Below, piece by piece: positions 38,399-52,089 of a stretch of 64,000 nucleotides of DNA. The stretch comes from Antedon mediterranea. Its lineage: Eukaryota > Animalia > Echinodermata. Each line of letters opens with the position of its first letter. Position 1 is the stretch's first letter. The notes under the pieces are model-generated. The model did not search any database, was not told where the DNA came from, and worked only from the letters and a program-made list of their open reading frames with translations. The position numbers and the translations under genes were made by a program. The DNA lies in contig NC_092671.1 of NCBI RefSeq assembly GCF_964355755.1, positions 4,588,001 to 4,652,000 of the forward strand, read 5' to 3'.

Positions 38399-39685
38399 AT
38401 TCTTATCTCCTCAATTACATAGAAACAATCAATAAAAATAAATTGTATTCCATAGAAATAATGTAGCTAATAAAAGTAACCAATTACGACGGTTTGGTAG
38501 AGTTACTCACTTGTGGAGTGACCACTACGGAGTGATAAAACACTGTCAGTTCTACAAAGTAGTGGTCTGTGGCAATACAGGTAAAGATGATCAACAAGTC
38601 CACACCACTTTATATAATAAGGTCATCATGGAAAACGATTTGTTTACTAAAAACCGGAACTGACTATTACACGCGTTCAAAGGTTCCTACTTAGCAATAC
38701 TACTGACCACGTCTAATCACGTATATGCCTCAGTAACAAAAATGAATTGTTAAATGGTGTTTCTATTATAAGGCGGGCGTGACCATTGCAAACACATTTA
38801 TAATGTGACGTACATACGTTTTCTGGTAAATCATTTTAATCTTTTTCAAACTAAGTGGAGATTCTTAATGTAAAAATGATACGGACATTTTATAATGCTA
38901 AGTGAATCGTTTATTGTACCATTGTATAGGAATAGTATATTGTGTGTTACACAAATGAACTTATTATAGCGCCATCATATTACACAAAGTTGTACAGAAA
39001 CCAAAATGCTGTTTTGTATACATCATAGCATTAGTGGAAATTCCAAGCAAAATAAAATGTTACCGATTTTTCCTTATAAATTTGTTTGGAATATCAAATT
39101 CTCTAAAAATAATTGTTAAAGTGCTGCAACAAAACTTCCACATACCTGGGTATTTTCAGAAATATTCAGAGACAATTATTCTAGTTTCAAGAATTTGCGA
39201 ATGCTTGGAGTTTCGACCACGCAGAATCTTTTCAAAGATGGCCTCAACAGAATGGATTTATTGAGTGTCAAATCCTAACTGTAAAATGAAAACTAAAGAA
39301 AACAAAGCAATCGTCTACCAATCTCGAGTTCGCACTTCTCCATCGGCCAGCACTTTAGTTAATTGAGAATTTCTTACGAATAGGTTGTCCAACCAAACTT
39401 TTTATTCTGTAAAAATGACGTCCTGGTCTCCGATAATCCTTGATTTTGCATTGCGTATGTCCAAAGTTTATATTTTTCGGCGGGTTTTTGTTTGAAGCTA
39501 TTTACTTGTAGTACACTCGCATATAATTATTTTCATACCCCATGCGATACATAGCATAACTTCATAATTTGTTTTTGCAACTCATTAATTAACTTTAATA
39601 ATATTAAGTTTTTACCGTAGAAAAAATACTACTGTAATATCATTTAGCAGTAAGTGCGGCACGTGTCACCTAATCGTAAAACATA

Positions 39686-40771
39686 TCATTTAATTTTACT
39701 TCGAATTGTCTTGTAGAAAACGTCAACAAATGCTTGTCTAAAATTTTCATTTACTACATTATATATTAAAGGATTTACAAAAGAATTGAACAACATTCCA
39801 AAACGAGAAATTGAGAGCCAAACTACATCGGATTTAAGAATATTAAAAAAATATAGTGTTATACATACATTATACGGTGTTATGCATACAAAATAAATTG
39901 CTACTGTCACGAAAATTGTCCAGAGTATTTTCCTTTCAGATTTAGAACCTAAGTCGGTTTCATATGAAGTCGACACGATTTTGCGGGACATTCTTAATGA
40001 ATGAAAAATTAGCAAATATAAAACTAACATGATCACAAGTAACACCATATGAATCGTAAATTGCAGTGTCCACACAATTCTACATAGTTTATAGTAGGTT
40101 GGCTTAATAAGACATATAGTTGAACGATTTGAGATACCTCTATACATATCAGGCCAAGGAAAATTGACGGTTGCTCGATGCTTGTGAACAAATATTACAG
40201 TATTCATAGAAAAACAGAAAATCAATATAATTGTGCAGACTATTACTGATCTCGAGAGAGTACCAAATCCACTTCTTTGAAACCAGTAAGGTCTACAAAT
40301 TGCCATATAGCGTTCAACAGAAAGCCAGAAAATGGTTAAAATGGCCACATGTGCAGCACTAAAAGGAAGGTATGCTAGAAGTCCACAAATCCAATTCCTT
40401 TCTAACTCAGAAATATTATAATTTGGTATCGGAATAAGTTCCTTATATGTTGTCATTTCAATGGGCGACACAATTAGATACAACGTATCAGCTATTGCCA
40501 GGTTGGCTAGATACACGTAAACTGATTTGCGCAGTTTACTTACTATAACGATAAATGTCATTATGTTGCCTATAATACCAAAAGCGATCATAATATAAGT
40601 TACATAACTAAGCAACATCATCTCAAAATCTCTGTCCAGGTACATACCAATGACATCATCATATTGGCTCGTGTTAGATGTTGAATTCCCGTATTCAGAT
40701 TCCGGTAAATGATATGATGTATTGCCAGCTGAAATTGACATCTTGTTTTTTGTTTTAATGTTCACATTCAT
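39686..40771 (-). CDS. Intronless class A GPCR, type D N-terminus with type A body
   Basis: 361 aa. GN, LAIAD, ERY, CITP, NPLIY. Confidence 0.93.
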   Translation of the reverse strand: MNVNIKTKNKMSISAGNTSYHLPESEYGNSTSNTSQYDDVIGMYLDRDFEMMLLSYVTYIMIAFGIIGNIMTFIVIVSKLRKSVYVYLANLAIADTLYLIVSPIEMTTYKELIPIPNYNISELERNWICGLLAYLPFSAAHVAILTIFWLSVERYMAICRPYWFQRSGFGTLSRSVIVCTIILIFCFSMNTVIFVHKHRATVNFPWPDMYRGISNRSTICLIKPTYYKLCRIVWTLQFTIHMVLLVIMLVLYLLIFHSLRMSRKIVSTSYETDLGSKSERKILWTIFVTVAIYFVCITPYNVCITLYFFNILKSDVVWLSISRFGMLFNSFVNPLIYNVVNENFRQAFVDVFYKTIRSKIK

Positions 40772-41689
40772 ATTCTTATCTCCTCAATTACATAGAAACA
40801 ATCAATAAAAATAAATAGTATTTCATAGAAAATATACAGCTAATAAAAGTAAACAATTACGACGGTTTGGTAGAGTTATTCGCCTGTGGAGTGACCACCA
40901 TGGAGTCTCAACAGTTATAAGTGATGATCTGTGGTGATACAGTTAAAGATGATCAAGTCCACACCACTTTATATAATAAGAGGTCATCTGGAAAACGATT
41001 TGTTTACTAAAAAACGGAAGGCAACTACTTAGCACAACTGCAGTATAATTTAACAGTATTGAAATATTTAAATCAACCAATAATTGTATGAAAGTTTCAT
41101 ATGTATACTTATCAAAGGATTTACGGCATAAACATTTAATAAAACAGGGCGAATATCTACCTTTTAATAAAGGTTTACGAAATGTATAGTTTTTAGACAG
41201 CGGTTGGAATTTGGTATTCATGACTAATGTTACCATTTCGAAAAACAATCTAGGCCTAATGATACTGTACAAATGATAAGACTAGAATAGATACAGAATG
41301 CTATTATAGGTACCAGAAGTTGGTTTGTTACTGAAATAGGGGAAGGGTTATATATTACTGCATATGAAATCGATATAACTGTGTCATCAAAGAAGCCCAT
41401 ACATTGATTTGGTTGTTAGTAAATGTATAAGTGTGTCATACTATGTATAACGTAAGGCCTAATGGTTTAAGTTGAAGAGAAACTTATTTTTAGAAATGTT
41501 ACATGCCGTATATGAGTGGCCCTGTGTTCACTTGTTAGGCTATCGCTATCAAATAAGGTACTCGTATATATATATTTTTAATTGAATTTTGCTGAAACTT
41601 TTATAACGGCTAATTTTGTAACGTTATGTTATGTTTTATAACACACCTTGGTAAAATTGTCATTTGATCACTTAAAAAAATATATGTTT

Positions 41690-42935
41690 AGTTTTCCCTT
41701 AAAAGTTGGTGCTACCAGGCTGCCACCAATTAGTGGAGTAAACTCTGATTTCCCCCTTTGGGACATGTTACCCAAAATTGGGAAAGTGGATGTTTCCTTG
41801 GCCAGGGAAAATAAGTTTACCCGGGTATTTCGGGTTACAATACCCAACTTTTAATTAAATGTTTTTTTACACCAGTTTTTGGTGGCAGAAAAGTAGCAAC
41901 CAACTATTTTGGGTAATCTGATAACACCAAAATGTCGGTTTAAGTTAGTTTTCCTCAAAAACAGAAACAAAATAGAAAAATATATTTAAAAAATCACATG
42001 ATTTTTTATTGATCAAAAATAAACATAAATTTACAGAGGTACAAAATTGATTCAAACTAACAAAAATGTTTATTAAATATGACCTACCCTGTACTATTCT
42101 ATTCTAAAATATTATTTCAAAATCTTTTATTTTTAATGAAAATGTATTAGGAACACATAAATTAACGTGGTCTGCAGTAAAATGAAGTGGCGATTTGTTT
42201 AAACATTCTTCAATTAAATTACTTGAACAGTCACCTGCAAGATACAATTTCAATCAAAGATAATCAACTAGCAACCTAGTTCATTTCGGCTACATTTTTA
42301 GGCATACAATAATAATAAATAACTATAAAAACAATGTATTCATACGGAAATTTAGGCTAAGCAATGTAAAAGTCATCAGGCCTAGACCAAGCCTACTAGG
42401 CGAGGCTGATTTCACTTCATAGTGCCCTCGTGCACTGGGCGCATACATACAGAGCAGTGAACTAAACTTAACTAGACCCTAGGCCTAGGGCCTACTTTTT
42501 AAGCTTACCTTATTTTTTCATCTTTTAGTCCGTGACTGATAACATCTACTCCAGCTGTTACAAAAATAGGTCTTATATGCAAAATAAAAATAATTATTAA
42601 AAATATGGATTTGTTCCACGCGAAAGTCGTCATATCGCATGCTTTCCTCCGCACTTTACTTGTGAATCCAGGGTAATACAATTCTCGCGCAATTGGGGGA
42701 AACTTTTCCGGGGGAAGTTCACCCCTTTCATAGTGTAACCGTCGGACTTTACCCATGCCGAATGTGTAACTTTATTAGATTACCTCAAAAGAAGGGAACA
42801 TTATAGTTTCCCACTGTTGGGTACTCATAATCCTAAAAACTTAGACTCAAATTGAAGGAAAAGGAGAGTTTACTCCAAGGAGGAAACATATTTACCCGAA
42901 AATATGGTGTAAAATCCGAATTATTTTTTACAGTG
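41690..42935. mobile_element. Possible truncated CACTA/EnSpm-like non-autonomous element
   Basis: Right end TTTTTTACAGTG (reverse complement CACTGTAAAAAA) with dispersed TTACCC/TTGGGT subterminal motifs. No matching left end was found. Confidence 0.3.
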
Positions 42936-43679
42936 ATTGAAGCATTGTGGCTCACATAATATTCAATAAGTACTCTATTTAACACTTATACGTCACGAAT
43001 CCTTGAATTTTGTTAAATGGCGGTTAAATTTCGCTATATGCGCGTTCGTTCTTGTTACACAATAGGGACAGTTAGGGGAGGACGACATAGATTCTGTGTT
43101 CGCTAGAGAGCGTAAAAAAACAGGCGACATAGCCGTTTCAGTAGTTACGCACTCTTGCGCAAAGACTACGACCGGCCAGATAGTGGCAACCTACCTTCTA
43201 ACCTAAGGGCTAGCCTAGGGGTCTACCTAGATACTAATGGCAGTAGTTATGTTACTTACTAGATATGGCTGTATTGATTTGGGTGTTTGACCCAGCTAGA
43301 ATAGCAGTATCTCTCTCCCTCCCCTGTCTCTTGGCCCTGGACTGGTGGTACAGCATATGCTTAGCGTTCGTAGCTAGTAGGGGCCGCACAAAATGTATTG
43401 CTTTAACAGCCATTTTAACCCAATAATATTGTTATTATTATATTTCGTTAAGCAATTAAATTAGAAGTTAAATGTTACTTAGTTTCGGAAATTCCACTAA
43501 ATAAGTTTATTTAAACTGTATATGTAAGGTTATAGGCCTATGTACATTATTTCTAGTCATTCTCCGTAAAACCTTAATCGTCCTCAAAAAGTTAAGAAGA
43601 CAGAATTTCACGCTAACCTCCGCCCACTTTGATAAAGCTCATGCATAAATTATTCATGAGCACCGTACTACTGTGGCTT

Positions 43680-43839
43680 CCCGACAAGGACGTAACACAA
43701 CGCAAGTGAATTGACCAATCACAAGCGATGGCTTATTCGCTTGCGATTGCTAACTATCTATAACTTCGCTTGTCATTGGTAAAAAAAACGCTTGCGTTGC
43801 GTTTACGTCCTTGCGTTACGTTCTAGTGGGAACCAAGCT
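43680..43839 (-). mobile_element. MITE, partial inverted copy of 48576-48755
   Basis: Ends in CTAGTGGGAACCAAGCT and its interior is the reverse complement of the 48576 element. Confidence 0.7.
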
Positions 43840-44430
43840 TAAGCACCCAAATACAACACGATCCTCAACGTATAAACATTATTTTTTCTATATATTCTCC
43901 TTTTGAGTATCAGGCCAACAAACCATGACGTATAACATTCTAAATTCCATTATGACATTAATTTGTAGACTTTTAAAACATTTTAAGAATAGCAAATAAA
44001 TATAGAGACTATGTTTTAGGGGGAAATCTAATTAATGCTATTGAACTACAGTAGCACAAGCAGTGATCTCAATCTGCCTTGTCATACATTTAATTCTCTT
44101 GTTTTCTTTTCATTTACATTTGATGTAATTACATTGTTTTGCAAGAATTTTCTTTATTGGTATATTTATAATTATCATTGCTATCATGATAATTCATCAT
44201 CACTGTCATCATCATAACTAAATAGATCTACATGAAACCAATGTTAAACAAAATAGTTATTTAAACATTGCTTTATTTTTGTACACGAAGGAAACCTAAC
44301 AAAAATACGTCATCTACTAAATTATTAGTTAAGCTAAAGTTAATATTATTATTTCATTATCTTACTTTCAAACTATCAATAATAAATTCTTCATTGGAAA
44401 TTAAGCGTAATGATTAAAGCATAGAATCAC

Positions 44431-45447
44431 TTACGTATTAAAAACATCATTAATTTTTTTCCGGATTTTGCTGTAGAAAATGTCAACAAATGCCTGTCTA
44501 AAATTGTCATTTACTACATTATATATCAAAGGATTTACAGAAGAATTTATATATAATCCCAGAATACATGAATACACAAACCAAAATTTATCCAATCCCA
44601 CAATACTATAATAGAATAGTATTCCAAACAAATTAAACGGTATCGTACAGAAAACATAAACGGTGACTGTCACAAAAACTGTCCAAAATATTTTCTTCTC
44701 AGATTTAGAACGTGGGTCGGTGTTGCTTGAATTTGGCATTACTTTGCGGGATTTTCGAACAGAAAAGAGCATAAGTGAGTATAAAATCACCATAATTATA
44801 ATCAAAATCATAGTTACAGTAAAGTTTAACGGCCACAAAATCTCAAATAGTTTAATGTAACTTTGCTTGAAAAGACATATAGTTACACAATATAAGTCGT
44901 CGTTATGCATATCAGATAAAGAACGCATTACATATACTTGTTTGTAAACAATCAGCAGTACACCATTCAACATCAAACTAACAATCCATATAACTATACA
45001 TATTTTTACGGATCTTGAGAGCGTACCAAATCCACTTGTTTTAAACTGACATGGTTTACTAACTGCCATATAACGTTCGATGGAAAGCCAAGTAATTGTT
45101 AAAATGCCTACATGCACGGAACTATTAGAAAAATAGCACAACAGTCCACATACCCAGCTGTGGCTTCCAACTACATCGTTCGTAGAGAGTACAAGAGGAA
45201 ACGCCACTGGAATGAACTCGACTCTCCACACTGCAATTGGTGCCAAAATTAAATACAGCATATCAGCTATTGCCAAGTTGGCTAGATACACGGAAACCAA
45301 TGTGTGTAATTTACACACTATAACGATAACTGTCATTATGTTGGCGACAATACCAAATGTGATGATAAAAGGTATAATATTGTAACGTAAAATTCTCTCA
45401 AACTCGCTATACACAAACATATCCGTGAAAGCATCATGTTGACTCAT
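44431..45447 (-). CDS. Intronless class A GPCR, divergent paralogue with shortened N-terminus
   Basis: 338 aa. AN, LAIAD, ERY, CTIP, NPLIY. Confidence 0.88.
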   Translation of the reverse strand: MSQHDAFTDMFVYSEFERILRYNIIPFIITFGIVANIMTVIVIVCKLHTLVSVYLANLAIADMLYLILAPIAVWRVEFIPVAFPLVLSTNDVVGSHSWVCGLLCYFSNSSVHVGILTITWLSIERYMAVSKPCQFKTSGFGTLSRSVKICIVIWIVSLMLNGVLLIVYKQVYVMRSLSDMHNDDLYCVTICLFKQSYIKLFEILWPLNFTVTMILIIIMVILYSLMLFSVRKSRKVMPNSSNTDPRSKSEKKIFWTVFVTVTVYVFCTIPFNLFGILFYYSIVGLDKFWFVYSCILGLYINSSVNPLIYNVVNDNFRQAFVDIFYSKIRKKINDVFNT

Positions 45448-48400
45448 ATTACAAGTTGAATTTTCGTACCCATTAGGCCTATATGATACATTGTCGGTTG
45501 AACGTCATTTTTTTAAAATTTGCTCTCTCTCGCCAATTGCTTCAAAATTAAATATATTTTTCGAATAAACTAAATATATAACGGCAATGACTACAATAAG
45601 ATACCGACAAGATACTGAAATTAGCTTTTACAAAATACAAGGCTGTTTAGTATTAGTTTGTCACAATACTATGTAAATAATGTTAAATGGTGTTTCTATT
45701 ATAAGGCGGGCGTGACCATTTCAAACACATTTATAATGAGAAGAGCATACGTCTTCTGGTAAATAACTTAATCTTTTTCAAATTAAGTGGAGATTCTTAA
45801 TGTAAAGATTGATACTGACATTGTTTAATGCTAAGTGAATCGTTTATTGTACCTGTGTATACACACATGTTATGCAAATGAGCGCAACCTTAAATATTAA
45901 ACGTACAGAAACAATTTTTTTTTTTATACAGCATAGTCAAACATCTTTTCCCAGATGGCCCCAACGTCATGGATTTATTGAACGTCATATCCAAACTGCA
46001 AAATAAAGTCTTTGTAAGTGGAGTTAGGGAGAAACCCACAGTGGTAGAAAGACATCAGTATTAAATGGAGATTCATTATTCAATTTCAATTCAAATGTAT
46101 GTAACCACCGAGGACTAGATCAACAGATTGCAATTGTTACGGTACTTATATTTTTACTTAGTCTGAAATATTTAAGTGCTTAAGCAAATAACTTAACCGT
46201 ATTAGCAGAAAAATTGTCTTATTTAAATTTACTTTTCGCATTCGCAAAATTAAATTCTAGAGGGCAGCAAATAATGAAAAATCCTTGCTTACGCGAACGC
46301 ATTAGCTTTTTTCTTTTAGCGATGGCGGCGCTATAACATCTCCGTAAATGTCCTAACCTCATTTCCATGGTTATATATTTACTTATTTCTATACGCATTT
46401 TGAACGTCAAAGCATAGAGGCAAAGATGAAGTGTAGAAAATCATATGAATGAGTTCAAATTCCGCCATGGATTCTGTAAACAGACGACCACATAATTTAA
46501 CGTTCATCATCACATCTTCTTATAATGTACAGAGCCTCGTTTGAATATAGTCGAACATGGGTTGCATTTATGAAGCCGTGATTCCTAATTTCTGAGTTTC
46601 CTGTTATGTAATCCTAAATCCATACAAAAGACACTGCATTATAACAATACAAGTATGTGCAAAGGACAAAAATGTTTTGTGTGGGAGTAGTCATTTATTC
46701 CTTTTTGGACCCTATGTGAGACATTTTACCCTAGATTAGGAACACCACTTAAATGGGGGGAGGAGCACCATTCATTTAATAATAATAATTCAACTTTATT
46801 TCAAACAAACTGTCCATATGAAACATATAAATATAATAAAAAATAATACAAAGCATTATGTGACAACCATCATGGAGAGAGGACTAATAATTATTTGTTG
46901 ACATATAGTGCCTCTTAAAATACATGTGGATTATGTGTTGGGATTTATTGGATGTAGACTGTAGACATTATTATAATATTATTGATTACTATAATTTACA
47001 AAACAACACATTTCTATTCGTTATCGCTTGGTAAGAGCATGGAACATGGTAATAGAGAGAAAGAGGAATTAGTGACGTCATCATTTGCGGGATTTTTAAA
47101 TGGGGCTTACCCAAAAGGGTAAATTCGTATTTTTTATTTGAGGCAAATAATAATTATAAATAAATTAATAATAACAATTAATTGTTGGCCTAATGTTACA
47201 CTATAGAAGTATGATGCATTTTAAAAGAAATCGTACCAAAAACAGTATTAAAAATGAATATGAGATATATTTTAAATATTCATTTCGACGTGGCTGGAGG
47301 AAAAATCTATACTATGTGATGGCTAACTCACTAACTTTGAGAAAGGTTGTCAAGGAAGGGAATACTATAATACACATGTTAGTAGGCCTAACCACCAAAA
47401 TGATGTATTGTACTTACCCCACTTTATTTAAAATTGTGTAGCATGAGTTTAACTTGTCCAATAAAATGATAGGATTTCTCATCTTGCAAATAAAATTTCC
47501 TTGGTAATTCCGATATAATTTATCCTCAGCGCCCGATACACACACAACAATATGAAAACTTCAGTGCTTTATAATAGTCAATCGATCAGTTTAACTTGCT
47601 ATGCGTTTGACAGTGTGTGGTATAACTATACATCTGAAATCTATCAGAGTTATAGGAAGTTAGATCACACGACCACTTAAGTCGGATTTAATAACTCTAA
47701 TATGAATATGATCAGCTTAAATCTGTGTTATGCCCGATATAAAAACAGCCTAATAAAAAAAACTGTTAAACATCGTACTATTCATTCAACGGCCAGCGAA
47801 AGAATGACGAGAACAAAAGATTTACTAATGTCTGTGAGCGCAACCACCTGCCTATTATTACCCAAATCAGCTCCCTTTTTAGAATGCTAATGAAATGTAG
47901 CCAGCGAAAAGGAATGAAAATAATACCACAATACAGTTTAAGAAAACACAAACAACAATCGTGATCAGAAAACTTGTGCATCTGTATTTAGACCTATTTG
48001 TCATTATTAACTATACTTTTATTTTAAAGGTTTAAATGGCAAACTCAATATGTTGATCTAAAGTTTGCAGTACACCATGTATTTAGTATTTAGAATTACT
48101 GTTGAGTTTCTGGACGTTTCGATCAGTATACTTTGATCATTCCCAGAAATAAGAATGCTGGAAAACTGGGGTGAAATAGGCCTGCACTGTTAGTCAAACA
48201 TCGAATGCAGGTTTAAACAAAGGACCACACTTGCTGCAGAGGAGAGCCATGGCTTACTTCTACTATCTATCATCTACAATGCCAGAAAAGAAGAGCAGGA
48301 AATGATCCACAGTTATGCATTCTTACAAACACCACGACCGAGCTAATGCGATACCCTATTTAAACACAACATTCGTCACATTTCAGATATGTTTTGTATT

Positions 48401-48575
48401 GACAATCGAACAATGAATAATTGTAAACAAGCAAACAAACAATCTGGTGTCATTACATTAAGCGTATTTGACACCGGTTCCTCATGTTTTTGTGACGTTT
48501 TCAATTAAAGTGGGGACCCCCAACTTATGTACGGACAAAAACGTAGGTTCGCGTCTGATTACGCGTTCATCATAA

Positions 48576-48755
48576 AGCTTGGTTCCCACTAGAAAGGTAA
48601 CGCAAGGACGTAAAGGCAACGCAAGCGTTTTAACCAATGAAAAGCGAAGTTATAGACAGTTAGCAATCACAAGCGAATAAGCCTTCGCTTGTGATTGGTC
48701 AATTCACTTGCGTTGCGTTACGTCCTTGTGTTGCGTCGCTAGTGGGAACAACGCT
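48576..48755 (+). mobile_element. Palindromic MITE (PIF/Harbinger-like)
   Basis: Termini AGCTTGGTTCCCACTAG / CTAGTGGGAACAACGCT with TAA/TTA flanks. A further end fragment lies at ~63625-63675. Confidence 0.72.
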
Positions 48756-49377
48756 TTACCGATTGTTCGTTGTCACGACGCGGCTGCTACGCACATATTG
48801 AGTAAAATATTGCCGCATAGCCGCGTGGAGACTCTGAAAACGAAACACTGATATGAGATTTTATTTTCCGGACCGGAGCAGGAGAAAGCACTAACATGAA
48901 TGCGTTTCTAAAATTATTTGTTTTCGGACCTGGTCCCCAAAAAGAAAATATGATTATTGTCTGAAATCAAATGGTCCATGGCGTTTTTGCCACTATATCA
49001 GCTACAATCCTGCAAAAATCATGGTGCGAAACAACACACAAATTGGCGGTCAACAATTATTATTTTTATTATTATTAATACATATACAATAATGAACACA
49101 CCCACACACAATAATTACACAAACAAATAATGAAGTTTTACTGGTTATGTAATTGATACACTTAAAGTGTATCTCCATGTATAAATATATAAAACGAATA
49201 TATCTGATCACATAATTCATTACCTTAATTTCAAACTATTAAATAATAAATATAATAATTAAAAAGTAATGTAATGATTACAGCATATGGTGTTTTTCTT
49301 GTAATATTTCTTGTTTAAAAGCTTAATGTTGTGTACTCAGCTATGTCATGTGAATGTCGTGTTGGCCGAAAATCCAT

Positions 49378-49465
49378 TTAATTATGAAATATACTTTATA
49401 ATTTGCTGCGAATTCTTTTGTAGAAAACGTCGGCAAATGCTTGTCGACAAATTTCATTTACTACC
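49378..49465 (-). pseudogene. GPCR C-terminal relic
   Basis: TTGTAGAAAACGTCGGCAAATGCTTGTC...TTTCATTTACTAC matches the helix-8 coding sequence of the paralogues. Confidence 0.55.
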
Positions 49466-50077
49466 TTGTTGAAAATGTTTCAAGTATAAAGGTAATATGG
49501 AAAACGATGTGCTGGTAAAAAGCGGACGTAATCGTTGAATTAAATTGAACAACTTACATCCGGAAATAGGAATCACCGGCGGATAAAATAGGAGGCAACC
49601 CGAAGCGGTGGATGACTTAGTTTATCTAGGATCATTTGAGCAAGAACGATTTACATTTCTGAAAAGGTCAAATATGGACTAGTAGTAATTAGTATAAGCT
49701 GAAAATAAAATATCTCCTAACCAAACCATACTGGTCTTGTTCATAGCATGTGTAGAAAGAAATTCTACAGTACAGTGATATTGTATACTGTAGTAGCAAA
49801 ACAATAACAATATTTTGTTTGTTTTTTTTTATTTATATTTTATTTTATATTTTAATATTCTAAACTGTTACTACTGCATTAAATAACTATCCTACTCCAA
49901 ACTGCTTAATGAACCTTCACATTTCTAAGGCTACAGTACTGTAAAATTATTTAGGTACACGTTGATTTACAAAATATTGTTTTATTGACTGTTAACTGGA
50001 ACTGTTTAATTACCATGCAGAACAATCTATTACTCTGAATTGTACTGAAAAAATACAGTAACCACATCCTTCCCTGA

Positions 50078-50866
50078 TCCCCTTTCTCACAGATGTGCCT
50101 GCAAAATACCGGTATTATGCTGGCGTCGTGCCGGTATCGTTACCGGCATATACCCATTCTCATAGGACCGTGCCGGAAATATAACCGGTATATATCGGCT
50201 TTCTGTGAGAAAGGAGTCGGGCATATTCGGCCAACAAAAAGTCTCCGACAAAATAATTATTGAGGGCGTCCTTTATTGTTATTATTTTTGTCTAGCGATA
50301 TATGGCGGCGAATTTTAAGTTACAGATTATTATCTTCCTTTATAGCATATTTATTCAATACATGCTATGTACAGTATATTGTGCATATATTATACAGGTA
50401 CAGCAATTAATTATCCGTTATCGGCAATCTGTAAAACACCTTAGAAGGCTGTACAATTTACAAGGCGACGAAGGGTTAGGCACCAAAAAAGAGCTATGGC
50501 CTAGGCCTATGATTATGCTACAAATTTCTTCTTGTCCCCTTATTTTAATCAGCTCTCTTATCTCATTATCCCTCCAGTTCGACATTATTATTGTTAATTT
50601 AATTGAATCGGCGTCAAAGTGATACACTTGACCGCGCAAGGTGTGAAAGCCTCGACGGGGAATTAAATATAACCCCGGAATATAACGGCGTTACGTTCTC
50701 ACAGAATGCCCGTCTGGCATTGCGGGGAATATCCCTAGGATATTACTATACTAGGTCTAAAGCAGGTCATGTCGATGCCGGCATGATGCCAAGACGACCC
50801 GTTCTCACAGAAAACCATACCGGCATGGTAATGGTATATTCCCGCAATATTCCTGGAGAAAGGGGC
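50078..50866. mobile_element. Non-autonomous DNA transposon (Harbinger-like)
   Basis: Termini CCCCTTTCTCACAG / CTGGAGAAAGGGG with internal repeats of TTCTCACAGA and CTGTGAGAAA. Confidence 0.55.
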
Positions 50867-52017
50867 TCCTGATTGCTATTGTGTTAAACTTGGTTTAATA
50901 AATCATGCTGAAAATAGCGATTTAACATTTTTTTTTTAAATCTAAGAACATTTTGTGTAGCCTGTCTTATTATTGCATCCCCTATGTGTACCATGCCGAG
51001 GAAGAATGACAAATATAATAATACCTTGATTATGTAATGACTAACGACAAACTTTGCATTGCATTGCAGACTTTTAAATATCAACGTCATGAGGTAATTT
51101 CCCGATTGATCGTAATCAAAACGGTACTGGGTTTGGTCTACTAGCGTTCCTGCTCCCAACCAGTACATCCATTCATAGAAGCCTTAATGAAGTAAGCCTA
51201 CCTGGTGGTGGCCATAGAACGGTCCCGAGATAACGACTATACTTCGGCTTTAGTCGATAGAAGATTGAATAAATTGTTAGAGATAGAGTATACGATGTTA
51301 TGATTATGTGTAGATATGTGATTTGTTCTTTTTATTCCAATGATGTTATGTATTTAATAAATTTGTTATATCAATTAATTAAATTATCGTAGATTGCATA
51401 TTATGCGATGAATATTATTTAATAAATTTTTGATATATTATTATTATTATATTAATAAAAAAGATATTTGTTAGTATAAATTAAAAAATATAGATATAAG
51501 GAAGAAAAGCAAAGAGATTATGGAGCGGCTGTACCAGAATATACAACACTAAGTATTGTAAAGTTAATATATTAAAAATTTAGGCGATCTTGTCAAAGGT
51601 CAAGCGCCTTCAGCCTGCCACGTTTCGATATTCAATATTGAACTTGACCTGACGTGGTTCCACAATATCTTTATATGAAAATGGTAGAGTGGATAGAAAC
51701 ATAAATTAATTTAAATTTAAAATGACAACGTTCGATATATACATACATATTATCGTTTCAAAAATTAATTAAATAATTTTCAGTGTATCACCGGGCGGTT
51801 TGGAATTTATTTCTATGCCTGTTGTGTTTATATATATATAAAAGTATCTCTCGAGATCCCGCTTAGTGAATAAATATACTGAATTATAGATGAGGGCGTA
51901 TCAATTTGATCTCTGGTGCGCGTGCGTACAACTGAGGACTAGTTGTGTTCCAACCGTACCACGCCGAGAATGTTAAAGGGTCGTTATCCGATCAAGTTAA
52001 AGAACAATACCATGAAA

Positions 52018-52089
52018 GCTCCAGTGGTCTAATGGTTAGGGCAACTGCATATCAAGCAGACGGTCCGAGTTAGAGTCTCGGTTGGGGCG
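52018..52089 (+). tRNA. tRNA-like sequence (probable pseudo-tRNA, anticodon ATC) inside a repeat element
   Basis: 72 nt that fold as a cloverleaf: acceptor GCTCCAG/TTGGGGC, anticodon stem CTGC/GCAG, T stem CCGAG/CTCGG. T loop is TTAGAGT (non-canonical). T5 follows at 52092. Confidence 0.55.
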
